From sequence record MW341595: a stretch of DNA of 64,000 bases; one strand, 5' to 3'. This document shows, in pieces, positions 9,666 to 19,348 of this stretch. The DNA is from Shigella phage Sfk20. Every line of letters begins with the position of its first letter. Position 1 is the first letter of the stretch. The position numbers were made by a program, and so were the translations under genes. The notes under the pieces are model-generated. The model was not told the DNA's origin. It saw nothing but the letters and a program-made list of their open reading frames with translations, and did not search any database.

Positions 9666-9842
9666 TCACCCTTTAAGTAAGTCGTAAAATCCACCATTCA
9701 CATGCTTAGGAGCAGAAGGCCGACAAGTAGACAGACGATGACATTTAGGGCAAACATCATTTTCTCGTTCAGAAATCTTTTTAATTTTTTCATATTCATG
9801 CCCGCAATCTTCGGATTGGCATTTATAATCATACATTGGCAT
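9666..9842 (-). CDS. zinc-ribbon protein, 58 aa (CxxC-x16-CxxC, FmdB-like)
   Basis: Hand-translated MPMYDYKCQSEDCGHEYEKIKKISERENDVCPKCHRLSTCRPSAPKHVNGGFYDLLKG. Confidence 0.45.
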   Translation of the reverse strand: MPMYDYKCQSEDCGHEYEKIKKISERENDVCPKCHRLSTCRPSAPKHVNGGFYDLLKG

Positions 9843-9844
9843 AA

Positions 9845-10264
9845 TTATTCCTTAAAGTGAGCTTTCAACATCTGATACAAGGACCATGCCTGTTCATTAT
9901 TTTCAATAGTAACTTTCATGACAGGAAATTCTGTGAAATCTTCTATTTGTTCTTGCTCTTCCTGCTCTTGCTCTTCAGATGCCTGATATGGATTTTCCAC
10001 TTCATCAAAAAACCCAGCTTCACTTTTTGAAAGCCAAATAAAGTCTTCATCCAAAACATCTTTATCAGGAGATAGTACTAAATTTCCAGTAGATGACAAA
10101 ATTTTAATAGGACGCCCAAGAGAGTCCACATCTAAAATTTTAAAAGGATACATACCTAAACGGCGCGCATAAATTCCGTTATTAATATGGTCTTTAATAA
10201 AATTTTCTTGGGCTTGTTTATTTTTAAATTGATACCATTTATTAATTTCAAATCTAATAGCCAT
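9845..10264 (-). CDS. hypothetical protein (goF position), 139 aa, acidic EQEQEEQEQ tract
   Basis: ORF track; size and position similar to T4 goF, sequence not recognised. Confidence 0.45.
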   Translation of the reverse strand: MAIRFEINKWYQFKNKQAQENFIKDHINNGIYARRLGMYPFKILDVDSLGRPIKILSSTGNLVLSPDKDVLDEDFIWLSKSEAGFFDEVENPYQASEEQEQEEQEQIEDFTEFPVMKVTIENNEQAWSLYQMLKAHFKE

Positions 10265-10479
10265 TAATAAATTTCCTTCCAGTAAGTTGTACCGTCTTCA
10301 GTGATTTCACGGAATACACCATAAATTGGTTGTTTATCACCAACCTTTTCATACACATAAACCGAAGTCAAGTGAGTAAACTTAGCAGTGTTCTCTTTTT
10401 GAACTACTACCAAATCTGGATCGAATAATACATCTTCAAATTCGTCGTTGGTGCAATTTTGAACAATTTTACGTTTCAT
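10264..10479 (-). CDS. cef: hypothetical protein (cef position), 71 aa
   Basis: 71 aa, same length and position as T4 cef; GAGGA SD. Confidence 0.5.
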   Translation of the reverse strand: MKRKIVQNCTNDEFEDVLFDPDLVVVQKENTAKFTHLTSVYVYEKVGDKQPIYGVFREITEDGTTYWKEIY

Positions 10480-10579
10480 TACAATTTCCTCATTAATTGA
10501 ACATTGGAGCGATGTGTTTCAGAAGAGTAGTAGCACCTTTGGCAAATTTTCCATTTTATTCTCCAAGTTGTTTTCTGTA

Positions 10580-10620
10580 TCAGTAGTTGATATTGATATA
10601 GTACTATAATCAACTACTGA
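10580..10620. repeat. nested palindrome: 12-bp arms tcagtagttgat/atcaactactga around a 12-bp palindrome tatagtactata
   Basis: Read directly from sequence in the cef-motB intergenic region. Confidence 0.6.
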
Positions 10621-10651
10621 TGTATATAGTTTTATGAAAAAATTTTAAACT

Positions 10652-11140
10652 TTATGCATAGAGAGCTTTGCTATAGTGTTTAATCCAGCTTTCAGGAATG
10701 ACTTTGTATGTTCCTAAAAATACCACATTATACAGCTTAACACCGTCTTCTACCCACTGATCGGTAATGTATGCGCACATAGCACGAGTATAAACAGCCG
10801 CACCATCATCTTTGATAAATTTAAATTCACAAGGAGCAATGAACTTAATAGCCTGACCGAGTTTCCACTTAAAGTCTACACCTACGTGCGAAGTATCAAT
10901 CGTTTCAATTCCTTTAGCAGGAACAGCTTTCAAAAACGCAGACTCAAGAAATTTCGCGCGAACATAGCCAAACTGGGGTTTAGACTTTCCATCTTTAGGA
11001 ATGATACGCACTTTTACTTCAGAATCTTCATCTTTAACACCATGTTTAAGCTGAATGCTTACAATTTCAACCAATTTTCCTGCTGCTTTAGAACGGGATT
11101 TATCAGATACACGAGCAATTTCACCAATATTAATAATCAT
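10652..11140 (-). CDS. motB: MotB (modifier of transcription B)
   Basis: 162 aa, same length and position as T4 MotB. Confidence 0.65.
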   Translation of the reverse strand: MIINIGEIARVSDKSRSKAAGKLVEIVSIQLKHGVKDEDSEVKVRIIPKDGKSKPQFGYVRAKFLESAFLKAVPAKGIETIDTSHVGVDFKWKLGQAIKFIAPCEFKFIKDDGAAVYTRAMCAYITDQWVEDGVKLYNVVFLGTYKVIPESWIKHYSKALYA

Positions 11141-11184
11141 AGTTATCTCTCACTTGTTAAAAAGATTTTATACTCCACAGGACC

Positions 11185-11213
11185 ATTATACTCTGGTCCC
11201 AAGAGTTTGTAAA
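11185..11213 (-). promoter_or_regulatory. early (sigma70-type) promoter upstream of motB
   Basis: Reverse complement TTTACA-17 nt-TATAAT. Confidence 0.6.
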
Positions 11214-11216
11214 CTA

Positions 11217-11756
11217 TTAATTCAAAATAGCTACCACTGCACTACGAGGTACTACGCTAAAATCACCTGCATGAACAACGTTCAGAAGTTCAACACCATC
11301 TTCAATCCATTGGTCTGTTACCCAACCACAGACCGAAACAAATGGGGTCTTGATAGCTACAGCACGAGTTAGAAGGTCAGTAGGATCGCATTCTTGGAAG
11401 AGGATAAGCTCTGCTTCAAAGACTATAGTTTTAATTACTTCATCATTATCTAAGCGTTGTGCTCGAATCACATAAGCTTTATTCTTATCATGCCAATTAC
11501 TTTTTGAAAAACTTTTAACCACAAACTCGCCTTCACCCAAAACACTGGTCAATGCTTTATAACCCAAACTTAGTTCAGTAGTTTTAATTTCAGTTTCAAC
11601 CAGTTTGTAGATTTTGCCGATTTCAATAGCGGTAGTCATAGTAGGTTCCTTAATTTCCAGTGGTTTAACAGGGCATACATAAGTGCTTACAACATCAAAA
11701 TCAATCAGTTTAGCTACCGGATTTGGTGTGTATTCAGGATTATAATTAAATTTCAT
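11217..11756 (-). CDS. MotB-like paralogue, 179 aa
   Basis: C-terminal ITDQWIEDGVELLNVVHAGDFSVVP matches MotB ITDQWVEDGVKLYNVVFLGTYKVIP. Confidence 0.55.
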   Translation of the reverse strand: MKFNYNPEYTPNPVAKLIDFDVVSTYVCPVKPLEIKEPTMTTAIEIGKIYKLVETEIKTTELSLGYKALTSVLGEGEFVVKSFSKSNWHDKNKAYVIRAQRLDNDEVIKTIVFEAELILFQECDPTDLLTRAVAIKTPFVSVCGWVTDQWIEDGVELLNVVHAGDFSVVPRSAVVAILN

Positions 11757-11758
11757 AA

Positions 11759-12259
11759 TTATCTCATTTCAATAAAATCTATAAGTTCAGCATGGGATTT
11801 ACGGAACATTACTTGATGTCCGCCAATGATAACTTGGTCATCTGGCACTTCGTATACAGCAAGATAAAATCCTTTAGAAGATAATTCTTCACGCTCTTCT
11901 CGTGTGAACCATCTCATCATATCATATTCACTAGCGAAAGCAAAATGATAAAGAGCTATAAACCATCCTGGAATATGATATTCTACTCCAACATAATCTT
12001 TCTTGAACTTAGTATTAATTACTATATTAGCGTTTTTAACTAACAGTTTATCTTCATGTGGTACAGGAATTCTTTTATTATCATCACTATGATGCATAAA
12101 ATTAGGTCTACTATAACCTACCCGTAATAGCCACTCTTCGCTCCATGAATCTATTATACTCCTGTACGGCGTTATTTGAACACAAAGATTTCGACGTATT
12201 GTTATAGCATCTTCATAATCAAGAATACTAAACGATGATTCAACACGATAAATTTTCAT
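11759..12259 (-). CDS. hypothetical protein, 166 aa
   Basis: ORF track 11759..12298 trimmed to ATG 12257-12259 (MKIYRVESS...) with GAGGA SD. Confidence 0.5.
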   Translation of the reverse strand: MKIYRVESSFSILDYEDAITIRRNLCVQITPYRSIIDSWSEEWLLRVGYSRPNFMHHSDDNKRIPVPHEDKLLVKNANIVINTKFKKDYVGVEYHIPGWFIALYHFAFASEYDMMRWFTREEREELSSKGFYLAVYEVPDDQVIIGGHQVMFRKSHAELIDFIEMR

Positions 12260-12286
12260 TTTATTATCCTCAGTAGCTATGGTGTT

Positions 12287-12315
12287 ATAATACCACAACT
12301 AACAGAGGAAGTAAA
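12287..12315 (-). promoter_or_regulatory. early (sigma70-type) promoter
   Basis: Reverse complement TTTACT-17 nt-TATTAT. Confidence 0.55.
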
Positions 12316-12322
12316 CAACTTT

Positions 12323-13006
12323 TTATCGTTTTGTTGGAAGAGATAGAGGATCGCACTCTTCCTCTGACGGAGCATCTTCAAGACCCATAGCATATCGCAA
12401 AGCATACTTCATCATCAGGATGTCTTTTGCACAGTCATGAATAGAATCATGTGCAACGAATCCGTCTAAAGTTCCCTTTGGAAGAGGACATGTGGTCATA
12501 TCACGAACAAGCAGAAGTGCTTCAATTCTGGTACGAATATCACGTTGATTCCAGAATTTACAAGGTTCTAACTTAAACGTATCAAGCTCATTCTCGGAAA
12601 CGCCGTTAAGACGTTGAATATCACGAATGAGATCAACTAAAATTGGAAAATCAAACGACATTCCACGGCACCAGCCTTGAGATTTCCAAGGATCGATATT
12701 ATGCGCATTGATGTAATCATTAAATTTTGCAATACCATCGATGGTGCTTACATCTTCATCTGATGGTGCAATATTTTTTCGAGCTTCTGGAGATTGGTTT
12801 TTCCACCATTCGATAGTGCTTTTAGTAAAAAGACGATGTCCTTTTTGGCTTTTTAAATCAAATTTGATTTTAATGCCGCGTGAAACTAATTCATCAAATG
12901 TTTCAACTACTTCTGGATTAGGGTCAAAGGCAATAACAGCTAAGTCAATAACAGCTGCCTTTTCACCGCTTCCCATTGTTTCAAAATCTATAATAAAATC
13001 AAACAT
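12323..13006 (-). CDS. dexA: exonuclease A
   Basis: 227 aa, same length and position as T4 DexA; N-terminal DFETMG exonuclease-like motif. Confidence 0.8.
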   Translation of the reverse strand: MFDFIIDFETMGSGEKAAVIDLAVIAFDPNPEVVETFDELVSRGIKIKFDLKSQKGHRLFTKSTIEWWKNQSPEARKNIAPSDEDVSTIDGIAKFNDYINAHNIDPWKSQGWCRGMSFDFPILVDLIRDIQRLNGVSENELDTFKLEPCKFWNQRDIRTRIEALLLVRDMTTCPLPKGTLDGFVAHDSIHDCAKDILMMKYALRYAMGLEDAPSEEECDPLSLPTKR

Positions 13007-13248
13007 TAAATTTTCCTCGCTAAATCGCGAATTTGACCTACAGTATAATCTTGGATATAAACTTTATTAATGGGCTCATCAATAAATTTTGTCATAGATT
13101 CAATATCTTTTTGTATCTCTTCAAGACTGTATACTATCTTTAAAGCTTTTTCGCGAATAGTAACATTATCAGGTCCTGAATTTTCTTGAATGACAGCTTT
13201 AACATTTGCCATAAGAGACTTAAACTGATGCAAACTTAATTCAATCAT
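13006..13248 (-). CDS. small hypothetical protein, 80 aa; member of tandem small-protein set
   Basis: ORF track 13006..13281 trimmed to ATG 13246-13248; shares LEEIQKD and YTVGQI-like blocks with 13241..13501. Confidence 0.45.
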   Translation of the reverse strand: MIELSLHQFKSLMANVKAVIQENSGPDNVTIREKALKIVYSLEEIQKDIESMTKFIDEPINKVYIQDYTVGQIRDLARKI

Positions 13249-13501
13249 TAATAACCGCCTTATAAAGATGGCTAATTTCACCTAAAACATAATCACTGAT
13301 TGTAACAGTTTTCACTTCGCCGCAAAAGAATTCTAACGCAATCAAATCTCGTTCAATTTCTTCCAATTGAAGCATTAACTTGCCTGATTCAATTTTCACG
13401 TTTTTGCGATTTTTACTATAAGCTATTTCATAAATTTCGCTCACTTTATCTTGAAGCAGATAAAACTGGTCTTTAGTTATTTCCACGAATAGCTTCCTCA
13501 A
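13241..13501 (-). CDS. small hypothetical protein, 86 aa; paralogue of 13006..13248
   Basis: ORF track; start codon appears to be TTG. Confidence 0.4.
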   Translation of the reverse strand: MRKLFVEITKDQFYLLQDKVSEIYEIAYSKNRKNVKIESGKLMLQLEEIERDLIALEFFCGEVKTVTISDYVLGEISHLYKAVIND

Positions 13502-13733
13502 ATTTAATCAGCAGCTTACAGACACTTTCATCTAATGTAATTACCGTGTCTGTATTACTATGATATGATTGTTTTTCAATTCGTTTAATTGCTAGTATAG
13601 TATCACTTATAAGATTAAGCTTATAAAGGAGCTCAGCTCCTGTTACCATAACACTGAGGTTATCTTGCTTATCAGTGTGCTTCTTTATACCATCTATTAG
13701 ACGATTTAAATATTTTGAATTGATGTTAATCAT
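13473..13733 (-). CDS. small hypothetical protein, 86 aa
   Basis: ORF track; ATG 13731-13733. Confidence 0.45.
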   Translation of the reverse strand: MININSKYLNRLIDGIKKHTDKQDNLSVMVTGAELLYKLNLISDTILAIKRIEKQSYHSNTDTVITLDESVCKLLIKFEEAIRGNN

Positions 13734-13739
13734 ATATCC

Positions 13740-15059
13740 TCACACATAAAACACATCATAACGACCACGAGTGACACCAACATAAAGAAGCTGCTGAGCC
13801 AATTCAGCATCTGCATAATGAATACAAGGCGTATAGATGAAAGCCCGGTCTACAGACATGCCCTGAGCTTTGTGGAATGTTGATGCAGGAAGTGCTTTCA
13901 CTTTACTAAACTGTGATTTAGCATCCCAAAAATCACTCCACGGAGCTTTTCCACCTTTATTCCAATTTTTATAAGTTTCTGCAGTTTTACCTAAAAATAA
14001 GTTAAACTTATACAGCTCTTCATCAGATGAAATTATTTTAATCTTTTCACGATAATATTCATCATCGCCGTAAGTTTCTACCGTTAAATCCCAATGACGA
14101 ATTAGATATTCTCCAGAAACACCACGAGCTTTAACAAATGTTGATGTATACTCTGCTTCTATAATACGAACTAATTGTCCGTTATTAAAAATAATTTCTG
14201 ACACAGGCTTTCCATCAATTTTATATGTTTTAATTAATGGTTCCTGCATTACAATAATTTCACCAACGATAAAATCTTTATCAGTTTCAAAAATCTTTTT
14301 GCGAATAATGTTATTTAACTTATCAACAGATTTATTCGTAAATGCCATGACGCGATTTTCAAACAAATCATCTAGCGATTTTACGATTGAAAAATAATTT
14401 ACCATAAAATCGCGTAAAGCGGTATCACCAGTAAATCCACGTACTCCATGCCCGTCAACAACTTTATCATAAATCCACTTACCGTTGCGAACATCAGTAG
14501 CTACATCAATAATAGGAGCATTACTGCGTTTAACTTCAGTGAGTTCACACTGATAAAAATCTTTATGCGTAAAGAATGGACTGATATAAGCAGTGTTTTC
14601 TCCTGGGTCAACAGGTCTAATTTGCTTATTATCGCCTATTCCAATTATAGTACACCACGGCGGGATAGTTGAAAGCAGAATTTTAAATAGCTTTCTATCA
14701 TACATTGACACTTCGTCGCAGATTAATACTCTGCATTTAGCTAAATCCGGTACTTCTTTTTGTTCAAAAAGAACGTTTTCTTCATATGTTACTGGGTTAA
14801 TTTTAAGAATACTGTGAATAGTACTCGCTTCTTTCCCTGATAGTTTTGAAAGAATCTTTTTAGCTGCATGAGTAGGAGCTGCTAAAATAATGCCAGTTTC
14901 GCCTGTAGATATTAAAGCTTCAATGATGAACTTAGTAAGAGTAGTCTTACCAGTACCAGCAGGTCCATTAATAGTTACATGATGTTTCTTTTCTTTAATA
15001 GCCCTCATAACGATGTTAAAGGCATTTTTCTGGCCTTCGGTCAAATCATCAAATGTCAT
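13740..15059 (-). CDS. dda: Dda DNA helicase (SF1)
   Basis: 439 aa; Walker A GPAGTGKTT; sequence recognised as T4 Dda-like. Confidence 0.95.
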   Translation of the reverse strand: MTFDDLTEGQKNAFNIVMRAIKEKKHHVTINGPAGTGKTTLTKFIIEALISTGETGIILAAPTHAAKKILSKLSGKEASTIHSILKINPVTYEENVLFEQKEVPDLAKCRVLICDEVSMYDRKLFKILLSTIPPWCTIIGIGDNKQIRPVDPGENTAYISPFFTHKDFYQCELTEVKRSNAPIIDVATDVRNGKWIYDKVVDGHGVRGFTGDTALRDFMVNYFSIVKSLDDLFENRVMAFTNKSVDKLNNIIRKKIFETDKDFIVGEIIVMQEPLIKTYKIDGKPVSEIIFNNGQLVRIIEAEYTSTFVKARGVSGEYLIRHWDLTVETYGDDEYYREKIKIISSDEELYKFNLFLGKTAETYKNWNKGGKAPWSDFWDAKSQFSKVKALPASTFHKAQGMSVDRAFIYTPCIHYADAELAQQLLYVGVTRGRYDVFYV

Positions 15060-15367
15060 CGTAAATTCCCTGCAATTGGTATACTAACAATACGCCCAGT
15101 ATCTAAAATTCGCCGATATAATCTTTGTGTGTCTACATCAGGCTTAACATGTTTAACTTCTATTTTATTAAACCAAAACTTGCGTGGAGTCTCAACTAAT
15201 CTCGGAATTCCCATACCTAAAGCTAGTCGATACTGATCTTTAAGAGTGGTAAATACTTTATCAGCAATCTCCCTTTCAAAAAATACAGCAGGGCGGTGTT
15301 CATCAAGAGGAACAGGCACTGCAAATCCATCTTTGTCTCTATACACTATCGCATATACATAAAACAT
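15056..15367 (-). CDS. hypothetical protein (dda.1 position), 103 aa
   Basis: ORF track. Confidence 0.5.
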   Translation of the reverse strand: MFYVYAIVYRDKDGFAVPVPLDEHRPAVFFEREIADKVFTTLKDQYRLALGMGIPRLVETPRKFWFNKIEVKHVKPDVDTQRLYRRILDTGRIVSIPIAGNLR

Positions 15368-15368
15368 A

Positions 15369-16115
15369 TTATCCTCGGATAAGTTTAAAAATTGAACAAT
15401 TTAGCGGGTATCCTCTTTTCAGTTTAAGTTTATCAATAAAAGACAAGTTTTGATACCGCTCTACACCTTGAATAATTTTATCACACATATCATATTGCAT
15501 TTCTGCTTCTGACAACTTTTTCACAGTTTTCCAATCAGAGCCTTTAAGAAGAACGTTCAATTTAACAACTTCAGTGCCTTCTGCTATACGAGAACCATCA
15601 ATACGAGCTTTGAGTGCTACAATCGTTAGCTTAATGTCAGAGGTTTGTTTTGATTTAGAAAGCTGAGAAATGTGTTCAATTCGGTTTTCACGTTTTTTCT
15701 GTATAGCTTTAATTTGATTATAAGTCTTTTTGATTTTAGCCCATTTCTTTTCATCTAAATTTAGTTTATGAACTTTTTTCGCAGATGAACGACCAATTCG
15801 CAAAGCAAATAAATCACGCTTTTCAATCAACTCTTCTAAAGTATAATCAGAACGAAATGTATTGTACTTTTTCTTTACTGCAATAACATTCCCTTTAATG
15901 TATCCAACGTTATTATCAAAACGTTCTAATGATAATTTCTCTCCTTCAATACGATTATCAAAAGGTTCTCCTGAGTAAGCGCAAACTTTCTGATCTAAAA
16001 TGTTCTTAATGTAATTGAAGTCTAAGTTAAAATCTTTAGAACGTCTTTTAGCAGATGCCTGGGTATGCTCTAGACGACGTGTAATTTTACGAATTTGATT
16101 TTTAGACAGTTTCAT
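15369..16115 (-). CDS. srd: Srd-like protein (sigma-related), 248 aa
   Basis: Size and position between dda and modA as in T4; basic, coiled character. Confidence 0.6.
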   Translation of the reverse strand: MKLSKNQIRKITRRLEHTQASAKRRSKDFNLDFNYIKNILDQKVCAYSGEPFDNRIEGEKLSLERFDNNVGYIKGNVIAVKKKYNTFRSDYTLEELIEKRDLFALRIGRSSAKKVHKLNLDEKKWAKIKKTYNQIKAIQKKRENRIEHISQLSKSKQTSDIKLTIVALKARIDGSRIAEGTEVVKLNVLLKGSDWKTVKKLSEAEMQYDMCDKIIQGVERYQNLSFIDKLKLKRGYPLNCSIFKLIRG

Positions 16116-16146
16116 ATTTTTCTCACGGACGGGTTTAACTACTTAT

Positions 16147-16175
16147 ACTATAACATTTTCACTTCAGCTTGTAAA
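16147..16175 (-). promoter_or_regulatory. early (sigma70-type) promoter upstream of srd
   Basis: Reverse complement TTTACA-17 nt-TATAGT. Confidence 0.55.
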
Positions 16176-16232
16176 CAACTTTATGAAAAATGCTTTAAAA
16201 CTTTCATGGTATAATGAATCTAAGTCCTTCCA

Positions 16233-16835
16233 TTATAGATTAAATCCTTCAAAATCAAGAGTATAGATAGTGTATGTTGAATACTTTTTATACTCGTATC
16301 TATCCGCAATTCTAAATACGCTTCCAGCTGGTATCATTACTTCTTGTTCATCTGAAACTAATTCCATATTACGATAGCGATGGCTATCTGGAAACTTAAA
16401 ACTTGGACTATATTCTTTACAGCGTAGAGCTTTTATAGCATACTCCTGGAAATTAAACACCATAGGAGCTTTGAATTCAAAAATAACTTGCGTGTTGTAT
16501 TCTAATCCAGAAGCAAAATGTAGAGCTATATTTTTATCATATGAAGCTGATACTACTTTATCAAATGTAATAATATCAATTCCTTGATTTAACACCTGCT
16601 TAGTCTCAACTGGAACACCTCTCCAAAGAGGTTTATCGTTTGGTTCCAAACGAGATTTGATTATTTCATTTAACCAAGAATGATCGTCTGGCTTATTAGT
16701 AATACAATGAATTAAAAGTTCAATTTCGGATAAATTAAATCCTTCAGAAAGTAATTCTTCACGAATAGAAGCACGCACAGATGCATCCATTGATTTGATT
16801 TTAAAATCTTTTAATTGCATTGCTGAATATTTCAT
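16233..16835 (-). CDS. modA: ADP-ribosyltransferase ModA
   Basis: 200 aa, same length and position as T4 ModA; tandem with paralogue ModB. Confidence 0.75.
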   Translation of the reverse strand: MKYSAMQLKDFKIKSMDASVRASIREELLSEGFNLSEIELLIHCITNKPDDHSWLNEIIKSRLEPNDKPLWRGVPVETKQVLNQGIDIITFDKVVSASYDKNIALHFASGLEYNTQVIFEFKAPMVFNFQEYAIKALRCKEYSPSFKFPDSHRYRNMELVSDEQEVMIPAGSVFRIADRYEYKKYSTYTIYTLDFEGFNL

Positions 16836-17455
16836 TCAACTACCTCAATATCATACACTTTAAATGTTCCAAATGAATCGTGTAATTTTTCTTTTGAAAT
16901 AGAAGTTATTTTATACTTTCCAATTGGAATCATCCATTCTTGTTCACGCACAATCATCATTAAGTTATCAGTACGTTCTGAATCTAATCCATCAGTATCT
17001 TCATATGTATACTTAAACTCAGTATTAGGAGAAGAAAGTATAATATCACTGATATGGTCAGAATAATTAAAAGCTTTATCAGTTTTTAAGCGAAATATTA
17101 TTTCAGTGGAATATTCAACATAAGAAAAACCACATGCTGTGTGCAAACTAGTAGTAAATGAATCTACTCTGTTCGTTGAAAACACTTCTCCGACTTGTAA
17201 ATCTTTAATGAGTTCTTTTGTCGATTTTGATATACCACGATATAGCTGATAAGGCGATTTAGTTAAATGCTTTTTAACGATTTTATTCAACTGCCGGTGA
17301 AGAGCTTCATTCTTTTTGGCTTCCATACATTGCCAAAGAACTGACTGTTCAAAGTCAGTAAATTTTTCACAGACCTTTTTATACATATCATATTGAAAAT
17401 CGACACTTTCAGCTTTTATAGATAACTGTTCAACATCTGCAAGATTAATAATCAT
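16832..17455 (-). CDS. modB: ADP-ribosyltransferase ModB
   Basis: 207 aa, same length and position as T4 ModB; YRGIS...EQEWMIP pattern parallels ModA. Confidence 0.75.
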   Translation of the reverse strand: MIINLADVEQLSIKAESVDFQYDMYKKVCEKFTDFEQSVLWQCMEAKKNEALHRQLNKIVKKHLTKSPYQLYRGISKSTKELIKDLQVGEVFSTNRVDSFTTSLHTACGFSYVEYSTEIIFRLKTDKAFNYSDHISDIILSSPNTEFKYTYEDTDGLDSERTDNLMMIVREQEWMIPIGKYKITSISKEKLHDSFGTFKVYDIEVVE

Positions 17456-17481
17456 GATAGCCTCCGTATACTTCAGAAGCT

Positions 17482-17510
17482 ATCATATCATTGTTAGGAA
17501 GGAAAGTAAA
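17482..17510 (-). promoter_or_regulatory. early (sigma70-type) promoter upstream of modB
   Basis: Reverse complement TTTACT-17 nt-TATGAT. Confidence 0.55.
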
Positions 17511-17522
17511 CAACTTTTTGAA

Positions 17523-17705
17523 TTATTTTGCCCAGGGAGCCCAGGGCGGAGGGTCAAGATGGTATGAAGCTAGTTCTTCTAGAAGAGCATCTGGGGCTTC
17601 AATTCCATAATTCTGTAATACTATACGGTACTCTTTCTTATAATCACTAGAATCATTCTGGTTATTCGTAGAATGATTATCTTCTAACATCTCAAATAAA
17701 TCCAT
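17523..17705 (-). CDS. hypothetical protein, 60 aa
   Basis: ORF track. Confidence 0.4.
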   Translation of the reverse strand: MDLFEMLEDNHSTNNQNDSSDYKKEYRIVLQNYGIEAPDALLEELASYHLDPPPWAPWAK

Positions 17706-17713
17706 ATTAATTC

Positions 17714-18184
17714 CTAGCGATAAAAACCAAAATGACGATTAGCTTCAATAATCTTTCTTTCTTCTTCTGACATTCTCCAGCGTAGTCCAACATCAAAATG
17801 AGCCCAGACCATCTTAACAAATGCATTTATATCTTTAATATCTTCAATAATGAATGTTTTACTTTTATAAGGTTGACTAGCTAATTTAACTTTATCGTCT
17901 TCAAACAGGTCAAAAAGACCATATTCATGAGCTCTTTTATAGCCTTTAATAGTTAAAGCTTCAGAAGAAGAAAACGGTGAATCGGTATTCTGTAAAATAT
18001 CTTCAGTATGCTTTATAATTAGAATAACATTTTCTGGATATTTTCTTTCTTTTATATCTTTAATTAAAAAATCCGGATTTTCTGCTAAAGGAATAATTAA
18101 TGAGCAATTTTTATTAAGTGTATTTACTGATTTACCTTCTTTAGACATAAATTCTATTGAATATCGTTTTGCTACTTCAATCAT
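17714..18184 (-). CDS. hypothetical protein, 156 aa
   Basis: ORF track; ATG 18182-18184. Confidence 0.5.
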   Translation of the reverse strand: MIEVAKRYSIEFMSKEGKSVNTLNKNCSLIIPLAENPDFLIKDIKERKYPENVILIIKHTEDILQNTDSPFSSSEALTIKGYKRAHEYGLFDLFEDDKVKLASQPYKSKTFIIEDIKDINAFVKMVWAHFDVGLRWRMSEEERKIIEANRHFGFYR

Positions 18185-18329
18185 GTGATTTCCTTTTGCC
18201 TACTAATGGACCGTCAGGAATTTTGTTTTCCTGGATATATTTCTCATTTTCTTCCATCATTTTACTGCCAATTTTAAGAAGCAAATCCATTGCTTCATTT
18301 GCTTTAGCTTTAGCCTCTTCTAACGTCAT
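18177..18329 (-). CDS. small hypothetical protein, 50 aa
   Basis: Hand-translated [50 protein letters not shown]; overlaps downstream start. Confidence 0.35.
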   Translation of the reverse strand: MTLEEAKAKANEAMDLLLKIGSKMMEENEKYIQENKIPDGPLVGKRKSHD

Positions 18330-18337
18330 ATCTCTGT

Positions 18338-18541
18338 TCACGATTTATCCCCATAGATGTCTCTCATCAATTTAAGCGCTGAGCGTTCTAATTTCTTTTC
18401 TTTCTCGGCACTAATCATTGATTTCATCCATTCTTCTGATTCATTCTGCATTTCTTTATTTGCTTGTTCAACCCAACCATCATCAATATACATTGAGTTT
18501 GGTCTATTGAACCATTCAAGCATTTTCTTCAGAACTTTCAT
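18338..18541 (-). CDS. hypothetical protein, 67 aa
   Basis: ORF track. Confidence 0.45.
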   Translation of the reverse strand: MKVLKKMLEWFNRPNSMYIDDGWVEQANKEMQNESEEWMKSMISAEKEKKLERSALKLMRDIYGDKS

Positions 18542-19013
18542 TTGTTTTACCTAAAATAACAGTAGGAGCATCATCAAATTCATGAATTTTTAGCAAATTT
18601 GGATGTAAACTATTCCATACAGAAGAAATAAAGTATGATAAAGCATCTTCACTTGCAATTATAAATTTATTTCCTTTATCTATTTTCCAACTATATACTG
18701 AATCATACGAATAAAAAGATAAAGGTTTATCATTATATTGTTCTGCGCTAACATTAATGTATTCTGATTTAGTAAATGCTTCAATTGCTCTAAATGGAAT
18801 ATTTGGTACAGTTTCAATAATACCAATCTTTTTAAGTTTTATTTCAGCATCTTCTGGAACTGGCATTGAAACGAAATTTTCTACGAGATACATTGGGTCA
18901 CAATAACCCTTATCAATCATTACTGCTACGGTAATTGGAACGTCTTTAGCAAACGACAAACTATTACTGCTAATATACATTTCAAACAAAATCGCTTCCA
19001 TAATTTTCCTCAA
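18516..19013 (-). CDS. hypothetical protein, 165 aa
   Basis: ORF track. Confidence 0.5.
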   Translation of the reverse strand: MRKIMEAILFEMYISSNSLSFAKDVPITVAVMIDKGYCDPMYLVENFVSMPVPEDAEIKLKKIGIIETVPNIPFRAIEAFTKSEYINVSAEQYNDKPLSFYSYDSVYSWKIDKGNKFIIASEDALSYFISSVWNSLHPNLLKIHEFDDAPTVILGKTNESSEENA

Positions 19014-19348
19014 TCACAAGATGTAGATGAACAACTAGAATCACAAGAACTTCCACATGAATCGCCCGTCCATACATGAACAGGAACATTAGTATCATAT
19101 GAATCAGAACTAGACTGTGTATTCTGCGCATTAGATGATGTAGGTGTTGACCAACGCCAAGGATTTTTATAATATTCCTGGGCTTCTTCATAAGTCATAG
19201 TAACTGCTTCTACTGTTCCATCTCCCATATAAACATATTCAACTACAGTTAAAGGGAGGTAGTCATTTGAAATAGGAACTACACCTTCTCCGGGAGTCGT
19301 AGAGAAAAAATCCGTAAAGAAACTTTTAAACCAATTAAAGATAAACAT
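19010..19348 (-). CDS. hypothetical protein, 112 aa, Cys/Ser-rich C-terminal tail ([18 protein letters not shown])
   Basis: ORF track; low-complexity tail visible in translation. Confidence 0.5.
   Translation of the reverse strand: MFIFNWFKSFFTDFFSTTPGEGVVPISNDYLPLTVVEYVYMGDGTVEAVTMTYEEAQEYYKNPWRWSTPTSSNAQNTQSSSDSYDTNVPVHVWTGDSCGSSCDSSCSSTSCD

Noticed and set aside
18982-19191. Minus-strand ORFs in alternative frames (18982-19191, 26153-26353, 26644-26853, 29635-29826, 35706-35969, 37798-38019, 54945-55139, 60229-60414)
   Set aside because: Each overlaps a longer, better-supported ORF on the same strand in another frame.
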